Source of the DNA: a virus
Lineage: Duplodnaviria; Caudoviricetes
Strand: one strand, 5' to 3'
Length of the DNA stretch: 52,215 nt
IMG/VR virus record: IMGVR_UViG_3300046169_000121
Coordinates: 1 to 52,215 of that record
How positions within the stretch are numbered: position 1 is the stretch's first letter; each line of letters opens with the position of its first letter. Positions 38,505 to 46,738 of this stretch are shown here, one piece after another. The notes under the pieces are model-generated. The model had not been told where the DNA came from. It saw nothing but the letters and a program-made list of their open reading frames with translations, and ran no database searches. A program made the translations under genes and the position numbers.

Positions 38505-40402
38505 AATTCAAATTGTATTTTATCTTTACCGTTATGTGGGAAGTTGACGATTCGTTGAGTGCCTAAAAATGGAATAAATGCAATCTCAAAATATCCTTCA
38601 TGATCTCCTTGGCCTTCCATGAGAGGTAGGTTTGCTAAAGAGTCGTGATAAGGTATACATTTGTGAATATGAGGATTTCCATCTAACACTTCGAAATATT
38701 GAGGGTGAGTTGCAAAATAAATATTTAAGTCTGGGTATTGTTTTTTTATATTTGGTAACAGTGAGGTTGTGAGGTAAATATCTCCAATTCTTTCAGGCAT
38801 TACAATTAACAATCTTTCTCCTTTATCGTCTTCGTCTAATAGGTCACTTAAATCTACCTTTTTGTTTTCACGGTTTTCTTTTTCTGCAACACTTCTGAAA
38901 TATTCTAATACGTCTTCTCTTTTTAAGTCATCATTTAACCTTTTCATCCAATGCTTGTGCCCTTCATCTGTTGGATATGTCTCTACTTTGAGTATGTTTT
39001 TATATAAATCACTTAACCATTCTGAGTCATTATCTGTTTGTATTGGTTCATAATTTGGATCTCTTTCCTCTGTCTCAAAATCAAAATTCCAATCAACTGG
39101 CTGCATTTCATCCAAAACCTTTTCGAGCTGCTTACCTATAACTTCTACACTGTAATTATCTATAACGAATTGTCTCGCCTGCTTACCCATTTTTTCACGC
39201 TTTTTAGGTTTCATTTCATAAACTTTTCGAAGTTGGTAAGCTATACTTTTGGGGTCGGTACTTGCTTTGATGAATTGAGTTCCTGGTTCACGGTATTCTG
39301 TCCAACTAAGAGGTAAACTTTCAGCCTCAGGTACGCAACAATCCTCTCCGCAACTATAATTTGTTACAAGAGTAACTAGCTCTGTTAACTTAGCTTCTTG
39401 AATGGGAATTTCTTGGCCACCACTTGTAAATGGGTGACAATAAACATTCATTAAATTATAAATTTCATTGAGCTGATCTTCATCTACTCCAGCTCTAGTA
39501 CTTGTTGTTACTTGAGTTTTTTCTCCACCACAAAATTTACAATCCTGATTTTCTCCCGAAAAATTTTTTACTTCATACTCTTTGCATTCTTTACAATAAT
39601 AAGTTGTTAGAATTTTTGTTGGATCTATATCTTTTTCTTTCAGTAGTCGTGGTATGTCCCAACCTTCACCCCAGTGAGTATGCAACAGTAATTTTGCATT
39701 GCATGTTGGGTTTTGTTGACAAAAGATTTTGAATCCTTCGAGAAGATTCGGGACACTTTTGCGAAGTTGATTGCGAAAAACAAAACCAATGATGAAATCA
39801 TCCGAGTTGACATTATGTCTCTGACGAAGCTCCCAACGTTTTTCATCTTTAAGTTTATAAAAATTAGATGTGTCTAATGCGCCACGAAGAGTCTTTACGT
39901 GATCTTGACCGATTTCATTCAAAGATCTTTGAGCGAAACTTGCCCATGTAAAATAGTTTTTAATTTTTGGGGCAGCTTTAACTGCGTCAGGTAAGATCGG
40001 AAGACTGTCTAACGTTGTCCAAATCATTGAATTTATCTTATTCCACCAAGTTTTTTCAGTGAAACCATTGAAAGCCCAAATATCTTCAATTCCAATGTAA
40101 ACGTCCGGCTTTTCACGTTCGATGATTTTATCTATCATCTCAGCTCCGTATCCAGCATTTCTAGCTAATTGAGGATCCTGTTGTAGTTTTTTTATAGTTC
40201 TGGAGTCGGAAGGTAGGGAACCTTCAGCTTTCCATGGTAGGTTTTTCAAACTTGGATCACCCCACCTTATTCCGTTTGAGAATTCTACTAAATCATACTT
40301 ACCAGTTTTCTGAAGATGTATCAGTATATTTTTGGTACATTTACCAAATCCAGTAAAAGCTTTACAGTGATTGCTATGTATTAAAACCTTCTTTTTTTTC
40401 AT
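38495..40402 (-). CDS. Multidomain glycosyltransferase: GT4-like + CxxC pair + DUF4214-like + GT9 N-terminal domain
   Basis: TGFG, RNQLRKS, LNEIYNLMNVYCHPFTSGGQEIPIQEA (GT-B); CKEC...CKFC; WL..LYKNIL...DEG.KHW...L; RLLIVMPERIGD...NPHI. Confidence 0.8.
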   Translation of the reverse strand: MKKKKVLIHSNHCKAFTGFGKCTKNILIHLQKTGKYDLVEFSNGIRWGDPSLKNLPWKAEGSLPSDSRTIKKLQQDPQLARNAGYGAEMIDKIIEREKPDVYIGIEDIWAFNGFTEKTWWNKINSMIWTTLDSLPILPDAVKAAPKIKNYFTWASFAQRSLNEIGQDHVKTLRGALDTSNFYKLKDEKRWELRQRHNVNSDDFIIGFVFRNQLRKSVPNLLEGFKIFCQQNPTCNAKLLLHTHWGEGWDIPRLLKEKDIDPTKILTTYYCKECKEYEVKNFSGENQDCKFCGGEKTQVTTSTRAGVDEDQLNEIYNLMNVYCHPFTSGGQEIPIQEAKLTELVTLVTNYSCGEDCCVPEAESLPLSWTEYREPGTQFIKASTDPKSIAYQLRKVYEMKPKKREKMGKQARQFVIDNYSVEVIGKQLEKVLDEMQPVDWNFDFETEERDPNYEPIQTDNDSEWLSDLYKNILKVETYPTDEGHKHWMKRLNDDLKREDVLEYFRSVAEKENRENKKVDLSDLLDEDDKGERLLIVMPERIGDIYLTTSLLPNIKKQYPDLNIYFATHPQYFEVLDGNPHIHKCIPYHDSLANLPLMEGQGDHEGYFEIAFIPFLGTQRIVNFPHNGKDKIQFELCT

Positions 40403-40974
40403 TAAAAAGGAACGTCTTCACTAGGCTCAGGGCTTTGACTTTCTTCTTTTTTGTTTGACTTGTAGTCTTTTAATTTTTTAAGCTCTTCTTTTCTGCGATG
40501 CGAGTAAAGAGTGTTTAAATAAAACTTTAAGAACTCACAAAGATTTTCTACCTCTCCAGGTTCAAGTGGAATTCTAAATGCTTGATTTCCGTTTCTGGTG
40601 AAATTTATTCCAAAGGCAGGAAGTGTTATCCATTCTTCTTTGTCTCCATTGCGAACTTTTGATTTCTTGTCCCAGGGAGCGCACTTGATTGTGGTTTTGT
40701 TTTCTTCGTAAGCGTGGTAAGATGAAAATTCATGACGTTTTTGAAACGCGCTAATCATTCCACCAATTTCGAATTCAGTAAATTTTAAATTAATTTTCTT
40801 TTCGGGGTCGCTAGCATTACCTGAGAAGTTTCCCGTCCTCCTCTTTTCGTCCCAACCGAATTGCTGAATTGCGTTGACGTATACTACAGGCTCTTTCTTT
40901 TTATCGACCCCGATAGAAAAGTTAAATGCGCAACCTGTGTTTTTACTGTTTGGTTTATATATTGCTAGCGACAT
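40402..40974 (-). CDS. Whirly-like ssDNA-binding protein with acidic SSB-type tail
   Basis: IYK...AF.F, KKINLKFTEFEIG, FSSYH, IPLEPGEV..L..FL duplicated beta/alpha pattern; ends SEDVPF. Confidence 0.5.
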   Translation of the reverse strand: MSLAIYKPNSKNTGCAFNFSIGVDKKKEPVVYVNAIQQFGWDEKRRTGNFSGNASDPEKKINLKFTEFEIGGMISAFQKRHEFSSYHAYEENKTTIKCAPWDKKSKVRNGDKEEWITLPAFGINFTRNGNQAFRIPLEPGEVENLCEFLKFYLNTLYSHRRKEELKKLKDYKSNKKEESQSPEPSEDVPF

Positions 40975-40995
40975 AGTTTAATAATTTGTTTAATG

Positions 40996-41023
40996 ATTAT
41001 ATCAACTATGTTGTTTTTTTCAA
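40996..41023 (-). promoter_or_regulatory. Sigma70-type promoter
   Basis: TTGAAA-16 nt-TATAAT with a TGn extended -10, upstream of ATG 40974. Confidence 0.6.
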
Positions 41024-41038
41024 TTATATTATGTGCAA

Positions 41039-41100
41039 TAAAAAACCCCCATTGACCGATAACTGTTCTGTACGCAATAACTCGCTTGGATATAGGGATT
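41039..41100 (-). terminator. Long imperfect hairpin followed by a U tract (terminator-like)
   Basis: Minus strand AATCCCTAT...ATGGGGGTT-TTTT directly after the stop at 41109. Confidence 0.55.
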
Positions 41101-41108
41101 GAGCCGTT

Positions 41109-41927
41109 TTACAGGTCATTTATATGATGACACCAATCTTCTTCTGCTCTCAGTGAATCGTATCTTCTGTAACTAGATGTCCATGTGCGATTAGGTAGAT
41201 CGCGTATTCGAATAATGTCAAAGTGCTTTTTCATTTGTTCTTTTGAGCGATTTGGGTCAGGTTTATCGCGGAATTTTAAAATAGGGTCAAGGTAAGTTGA
41301 TATGACTCCGTGTGCAATTAGTTGTTCTGGACCAAGAGCCCCAATTCTATTCATGATACACCTCATGTAAGTATACTCAAAGATCTCTTGCATCCTTTTT
41401 TTATTGCCAGCTATTAAGTGGTCGGAGGGGTGAAATTTAACTTGTGAGTCTCTGCGGAAATAAATATTGGATGTTACGATTTTATACCAATTTTGCGAAT
41501 CTCTATTTGATTTAAGTATCTTTAGTAACGGATCAAGCGAGGGGTAACTTTCGTCAGATCGTGTTTTAATCGCAAAGTATCCAGTCGCTTCTTTTAATCC
41601 GTTATATGTTGTATGGTTTTGAAGTATAAGTGGATGCTTTTGGTTTGTGCGTTTGGCTTTTCCAAAAATATCTTTGTAGTTGTTGACTATAATTTTTATT
41701 TTATCTTTATATGCGTCCAGTAGTGATAAGTCATCATTATTCCAACAGCTTACAATAACCTCTCCACATTTTAAGTAATTAGGAATAGTATTAATACTTC
41801 TTTTGTTAAGTGGGCCCTGTATAATAATGGATACTGTATCTTCATAAGCTTCTATTTTTTTTAATAAGCATTTATTAAACTCAAGCCACCAACGATCCAA
41901 GCGGCTAACATACGGCTCGTGATTCAC
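41109..41927 (-). CDS. WavE-like polysaccharide synthesis protein
   Basis: SIIIQGP, EVIVSCW, LQ..TTYNGL, AIKTRSD and FHPSDH motifs; GTG start at 41927 coupled to the upstream TGA. Confidence 0.7.
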   Translation of the reverse strand: MNHEPYVSRLDRWWLEFNKCLLKKIEAYEDTVSIIIQGPLNKRSINTIPNYLKCGEVIVSCWNNDDLSLLDAYKDKIKIIVNNYKDIFGKAKRTNQKHPLILQNHTTYNGLKEATGYFAIKTRSDESYPSLDPLLKILKSNRDSQNWYKIVTSNIYFRRDSQVKFHPSDHLIAGNKKRMQEIFEYTYMRCIMNRIGALGPEQLIAHGVISTYLDPILKFRDKPDPNRSKEQMKKHFDIIRIRDLPNRTWTSSYRRYDSLRAEEDWCHHINDL

Positions 41928-42346
41928 TGTAAATAATCTCCGCACAATCCAAAACAATTTTTACCAACATAATTTCTTGTGTCCTCTAATACTAAAACAC
42001 TTTTTTCACAAACATTCTTTTTGGGGTATGTCCATATGTATCCTTTTGATGTTAATGTACGATCATCTTCTTGATGAAAGAAAATGTTTAAAGAATCAAA
42101 ATGTATGAGAGTAAATAATGCCGTGTCGTTTTTGCAATGTATCCATAATTTGTTATTGTTTTGCATCAGAAAGCTTAGTGGGCATGGATATTGTGGATTA
42201 TCATGACCAAGCCAAAACTGATTATGTCCCCAGACATCAATCTCTACATCGTATCCTCTATCAATTGCTTCAAGAATGTACTCAGGATCATTTTCACGTT
42301 GAGGGTTCGGGCCCTCAACGTTTCCTCTATGAGCTATTAATTTCAT
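41924..42346 (-). CDS. Short glycerophosphodiester phosphodiesterase-like (GDPD/PLC-like) protein
   Basis: MKLIAHRGN...EN...GYDVEIDV...LGHD...WIHCKN; the real start is ATG 42346. Confidence 0.8.
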   Translation of the reverse strand: MKLIAHRGNVEGPNPQRENDPEYILEAIDRGYDVEIDVWGHNQFWLGHDNPQYPCPLSFLMQNNNKLWIHCKNDTALFTLIHFDSLNIFFHQEDDRTLTSKGYIWTYPKKNVCEKSVLVLEDTRNYVGKNCFGLCGDYLQ

Positions 42347-43703
42347 ACTGCAAAAATAAATCCAAGTCTTCGGGAGTTCCGAGTCCCCACATTTTATCAA
42401 TATGAAAAGTTTTAACACGAGCTCCTCGAAGAAGTGCTTCGTTGTAAACAGGGCAAACATAAAATTCATTGTTTACTCGAATATCTTTTTTGATCATAGA
42501 TTCTGCGCATTCAACATAATCTTTTCCACGCTTCCAAAAATAAATTCCAACTGTAGCATGCTTACTGATTGGTTTTTTTTCTGCTACCTTAGTAACAAAG
42601 CCGTCCTCGTTTAATTTTGCGTAACTCCATTTTGGGTGAGTCGCTTCGAATGTCAATATTGATCCATCAATGTCGTCAGCCATGCATGAATACATGTATT
42701 CATTACTGTTCCAATTTACATACTGATCTGAGTTTGCTAGAATAAGCGGTTCGTCGTTGTTTATAAATTCTTTCGCAAGAAGTGTCGTGCATGCCGCACC
42801 TTCAGTGATTCCTTCTACTTGTACAATTTCACAGTTTGGCGCAATTAAATTGAGTGTGTGCTGAAGCGAATATTTTTCGTAATGTTCTTTTTGTACGATA
42901 AATATATGTCGAGCGTCCATGTTTAGATTCTCAACCACTCTTTGAATCATCGGTTTGCCGTTGACATCAATCAAGGGTTTTGGGAAAGTATAACCCGCCT
43001 GCTCAAATCGAGAGCCTGCACCTGCCATTGGAATTAATACGTTCATATTTCCCCCTTGCCACTTGGGCTGTATATGTGATGTTCGTTCTGCATTAATGAT
43101 AGTATTGTGAACTTTATCAAATGTCAAATCGTTGCTATCAGTTACAGCGCAGAGATGAGCTCCTGAGCGCAGAGCGCCCTTTCTACCAATGTGCGAATCT
43201 TCAATGATTACTGTTTCATCTGGATTGACTGCACATCTTAACATGCATCTCATATAAATTTCTGCATTTGGCTTTGGATTTTGTACATCTTCGTTTGAAT
43301 AAAGAAAATCTATATGTTCGAAGAATCCTTTTCTTATGAGTTGTAATTTTGCTGTGCTGCGTATTGAGTTGGTTGCACATGCAATTGTATAATTTTTTTT
43401 CTTGAGGGATTCAAGTATATCTTGTATTCGAGTGTCAACTGTAAAGCAATCAATTTCCTCAAGGGTTTTTTGTTGTTTTAATTTCCATACTTTGTTGTGA
43501 CTAGATTCAGGAAGTCCTTTTTCGCGAGTTAACTTTGCTAGTTTTTGAGTTGTGGTCAGCGCATCATACTTACAGAGATGTTCTTCTTTACTGATAACGT
43601 ATTGTTCACCAATATCGGATAGTGCTCGATTTAATGCAATAAAATGTAATTCGCGCGACTCAACAAGTACGCCATCAAGATCAAATATTATTAATTTTAT
43701 CAT
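42327..43703 (-). CDS. HAD phosphatase fused to sugar-phosphate nucleotidyltransferase
   Basis: FDLDGVL, TNS, KP and IEDS..G (HAD motifs I-IV); then LIPMAGAGSRF...PKPLI, NSDQ, AEKK and LGTPEDL. Confidence 0.9.
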   Translation of the reverse strand: MIKLIIFDLDGVLVESRELHFIALNRALSDIGEQYVISKEEHLCKYDALTTTQKLAKLTREKGLPESSHNKVWKLKQQKTLEEIDCFTVDTRIQDILESLKKKNYTIACATNSIRSTAKLQLIRKGFFEHIDFLYSNEDVQNPKPNAEIYMRCMLRCAVNPDETVIIEDSHIGRKGALRSGAHLCAVTDSNDLTFDKVHNTIINAERTSHIQPKWQGGNMNVLIPMAGAGSRFEQAGYTFPKPLIDVNGKPMIQRVVENLNMDARHIFIVQKEHYEKYSLQHTLNLIAPNCEIVQVEGITEGAACTTLLAKEFINNDEPLILANSDQYVNWNSNEYMYSCMADDIDGSILTFEATHPKWSYAKLNEDGFVTKVAEKKPISKHATVGIYFWKRGKDYVECAESMIKKDIRVNNEFYVCPVYNEALLRGARVKTFHIDKMWGLGTPEDLDLFLQYEINSS

Positions 43704-44434
43704 TTTATTAATTTTGTTTTTAGATTACCATATTTTGTAGAACCTGTCAATGGTGAATATTTTATATTGTTCATTTTTAGATACATTGTTAATATGCATT
43801 CAGGAATTCGACACATATAATCTGGGTAACCTTGGTTCCACATAAAGTTAACTGGTTCCTCAATTGAGTCGAAACAATTCATGTATTTTTTCATTTGCTT
43901 GGGTGCACCAATTGCTATTTGATCGTTGATTTGATCTGGTAATATTGCTTTTTCGTAAACAAAGCTAAACGCGAGTTCTTTTTTTAATTCTTTTTCGTGG
44001 TCATATATTTTATGTCCTTCGTAATATGGTAACTTGATATGCTCGCGATTGATCGCATCTTTAATTTCGTGAGCCTTGATTTGATTTAGTACATCAAGAT
44101 CAGGGCGTAGCCTGATCACAAGATCATAATCTTTTTTAAAAAGTTTTACGTAATCCTCGAACACGCCAAAAACTTTCTTCATTCCAAATGTCATGGGTTT
44201 AAGTCCTGACCAAATATCGATTGTGGAGCTTTTCATTTTACTCTCATGATTACTGTAGTCAAGTGCTGAGAACCTGATCGGTTTGTAATGCTTGCAGAAA
44301 CTTCTATAATCCTCATTCTCCCACGTGGATAGAAAAATATCTGGCTTGAGTGGCGAAATTACATTTTCAAATATACTATCTCTTGTAAGTTTCCAAGCTC
44401 CGAGTTTTCCGCTAAAACATAAAGCTACCTTCAT
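43700..44434 (-). CDS. Putative glycosyltransferase-like protein
   Basis: MKVALCFSG, IFLSTW, YDLVIRLRPDL, NDQIAIG...E..L pattern, common in polysaccharide clusters. Confidence 0.55.
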   Translation of the reverse strand: MKVALCFSGKLGAWKLTRDSIFENVISPLKPDIFLSTWENEDYRSFCKHYKPIRFSALDYSNHESKMKSSTIDIWSGLKPMTFGMKKVFGVFEDYVKLFKKDYDLVIRLRPDLDVLNQIKAHEIKDAINREHIKLPYYEGHKIYDHEKELKKELAFSFVYEKAILPDQINDQIAIGAPKQMKKYMNCFDSIEEPVNFMWNQGYPDYMCRIPECILTMYLKMNNIKYSPLTGSTKYGNLKTKLIK

Positions 44435-44739
44435 GATTTTCCACGAACTATGAGTTTACCTCCATCAAGAACTACGGTCTCCAGCTTTGTTGCGGTCCTG
44501 TTGCAAGTCTTGAATCTTGATATGTGGTGAGCTTTCTTTAGTCGAGATAAGCTAGCAGATATCTTACCATAAGACATTCCACCAAGATCTTTACCGATTC
44601 TCTCGTTTGTGAAAAATATAGTTTTACCGTGACTCGCTTTAGTTACAAGATAATTATAAACTACGAGATCGTTACCTATTAATTTTCCATTAATTACATC
44701 CTCTTGGATGGCACTTGGTATCTGTGTGAATTTTCTCAT
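44431..44739 (-). CDS. Winged helix-turn-helix DNA-binding protein
   Basis: DLVVYNYL...FFTNERIGKDLGGMSYGKISASLSRLKK..HI.R resembles the N-terminal HTH of phage replication/regulatory proteins. Confidence 0.65.
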   Translation of the reverse strand: MRKFTQIPSAIQEDVINGKLIGNDLVVYNYLVTKASHGKTIFFTNERIGKDLGGMSYGKISASLSRLKKAHHISRFKTCNRTATKLETVVLDGGKLIVRGKS

Positions 44740-44746
44740 GCAAACA

Positions 44747-44775
44747 ATACTAATTCAAAAACCATGTTTTGTCAA
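44747..44775 (-). promoter_or_regulatory. Sigma70-type leftward promoter, leaderless
   Basis: TTGACA-17 nt-TAGTAT, 7 nt before ATG 44739. Confidence 0.7.
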
Positions 44776-44878
44776 ACAAAATTTAATAATTTGAATCCTG
44801 GACATTCAATTAATTGTACAATGTTAATACAATACATATTCATAGATATATCTTAATTAATATATATAAATATAAGAA

Positions 44879-44907
44879 TTGACAAATTGATGAAATGTTG
44901 ATATACT
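44879..44907 (+). promoter_or_regulatory. Sigma70-type rightward promoter, leaderless
   Basis: TTGACA-17 nt-TATACT with TGn, 6 nt before ATG 44914. Confidence 0.85.
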
Positions 44908-44913
44908 TGCTGT

Positions 44914-45210
44914 ATGAAAATTATAGATTTAAGTGATGGAAGATATTATATGATTCGTTGCTCAGACTGGTCAGTGATAATCCAAGCTGAAGACGAAACC
45001 GAGGCATGCACCGAAGCTCTCAGGGAGATGCTTGATCGGCGCGGCAAAAACCTGAAACTATCATCAGTTATGATTTCCCATGAACTCAAGGCTGACGCAA
45101 TGGATGATGAATTTGATGACCTAATATCGTACCATAGTGTATCAAGAATGTTAGCTAATGCTGGACAACATGACCTATCATCTAATGTTAAGATGGTATT
45201 CGGTGCATAA
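44914..45210 (+). CDS. Hypothetical protein
   Basis: 98-aa ORF directly behind a consensus promoter. Confidence 0.75.
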   Translation: MKIIDLSDGRYYMIRCSDWSVIIQAEDETEACTEALREMLDRRGKNLKLSSVMISHELKADAMDDEFDDLISYHSVSRMLANAGQHDLSSNVKMVFGA

Positions 45211-45212
45211 TT

Positions 45213-45761
45213 ATGAAACTCATAGGAATATGTGGGCTCGCTAGATGCGGGAAGGATACATTGTTTAACCTGTCAAAACCATTTCTTGACAAAGCTGGAA
45301 AAAAATATAAAAGGTATGCGTTCGCCGACTCATTAAAGGAGGAGGCAGATGAGTTACTCTCAAAGTATGCAGGAATATCCGCTTTTACGGAGGATACAAA
45401 ACAAAAAGAAATTATAAGACCACTCCTTGTTACTTATGGGACACACATCCGAAGGAAGTTGAATAAAAATTGCTGGGTTAACAAAATCAAAGATGATGTA
45501 TCTAGAGACCTAGGAAACCAAGTTTATGTTTTTGTAACTGATGTTAGGTTCGAGAATGAGATAGACTGGATCCATGAGATGGGCGGAGAGACAATACATA
45601 TAACTAGAACAGGGAACATAGCACCCAACCAAGAAGAATTGGATAACGATCCAATATTAAAAAGTAAATCCAGGAACCTCATTGAGTGGAATGATTTCAA
45701 TATTGAAGGTATGAATGAAATATCGAATAAAGTAAATCAAGTGTTATCATCTATATTATGA
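45213..45761 (+). CDS. Deoxynucleoside monophosphate kinase (T4 gp1-like)
   Basis: P-loop GLARCGKDT, AFADSLK, R.LL...GT...R and VTDVRFENE. Confidence 0.88.
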   Translation: MKLIGICGLARCGKDTLFNLSKPFLDKAGKKYKRYAFADSLKEEADELLSKYAGISAFTEDTKQKEIIRPLLVTYGTHIRRKLNKNCWVNKIKDDVSRDLGNQVYVFVTDVRFENEIDWIHEMGGETIHITRTGNIAPNQEELDNDPILKSKSRNLIEWNDFNIEGMNEISNKVNQVLSSIL

Positions 45762-46354
45762 ATGAAGACGTAGAAGACTCACAGCTCATAGAGAACATCC
45801 AAAAACAAATTGATGTAGAAGATAGTCTTGGAGAGTTAGTTAATAGGCATAGCGGTATCTACCTTGAGATGATCAACAATTACGCAAGTCCCAATAACCC
45901 CTTTATTGATTATAACGAATTAATACAAGATAAGGAATATAAAATATATAATGCCGCCAAGAAATATGACCCTGACCGAGGTGCGAAATTTAGCACTTAT
46001 CTTGGAAACGAAACTAAATGGATGTGCCTAAATCTATATAACAGAAACAAACGTCGCCCAGCATTTCAGAGTGAATTCATAGAAAATATGGCAGACAATA
46101 CCGATCTAAATGAAGATACAATCTCTGAAAGTATAAAACAAGATCTGTTTAATAAAGTATTAGGGGTAATCAGAGAGCATCCTGATACAAGAGTAGAAAA
46201 GATATTTGAAATGAGATACATTGTTGGAACAAAAAATAAAGTTATGCCATGGAAAAGGATAGGTGAATCAATGAACTTAAGTATTCAAGGATGTATAAAC
46301 ATTCACAACTCAGCAATAGAACACATACAACAAGAATTATTAGAAGAATTATGA
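45758..46354 (+). CDS. Sigma-70 family RNA polymerase sigma factor (candidate late sigma)
   Basis: Region 2 AAKKYDPDRGAKFSTY; region 4 IFEMRY...W..IG..MNLS. Confidence 0.85.
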   Translation: MNEDVEDSQLIENIQKQIDVEDSLGELVNRHSGIYLEMINNYASPNNPFIDYNELIQDKEYKIYNAAKKYDPDRGAKFSTYLGNETKWMCLNLYNRNKRRPAFQSEFIENMADNTDLNEDTISESIKQDLFNKVLGVIREHPDTRVEKIFEMRYIVGTKNKVMPWKRIGESMNLSIQGCINIHNSAIEHIQQELLEEL

Positions 46355-46737
46355 ACAAATATATAGCACTAGGAAATTTAACCCGCGACCCAAAGTTTCG
46401 CGAAATCAAAGGAGATAATAAGGTTTGTGATTTTGCAATCGCAATCAACAACAAGGTAAACAATAGTGTTTTCTATATTGATATAGAAACATGGAATAGT
46501 GTTGCTGAAAACTGTAATCGCTTTCTAAGTAAAGGTAGGAAAGTGTTGGTCGAAGGTCGACTTACTTCCAGCAGCTGGAAAACAAAAGATGGAGAGAATC
46601 GTACGCGCACATATTGCGTTGCAGAGAAAGTAACATTCCTCGATAAGTCCGAAGATGCCTCCAACGGAGATCAATCAAGAAATAAAGAGCCCCGCGCAGA
46701 AGAAGTGGACGACGAATTTGCAGATATCCCATTTTGA
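46351..46737 (+). CDS. ssb: Single-stranded DNA-binding protein
   Basis: MNK...LGNLTRDP, L.KGRKVLVEGRL....W, C-terminal DIPF; ATG 46351 coupled to the sigma stop. Confidence 0.95.
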   Translation: MNKYIALGNLTRDPKFREIKGDNKVCDFAIAINNKVNNSVFYIDIETWNSVAENCNRFLSKGRKVLVEGRLTSSSWKTKDGENRTRTYCVAEKVTFLDKSEDASNGDQSRNKEPRAEEVDDEFADIPF

Positions 46738-46738
46738 T

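Noticed and set aside
37335-44434. Bacterial LPS/capsule locus flanking a prophage
   Set aside because: The genes are interleaved with phage-type dNMP kinase, sigma, SSB and structural genes; there are no transport/polymerase genes, integrase or att boundary.
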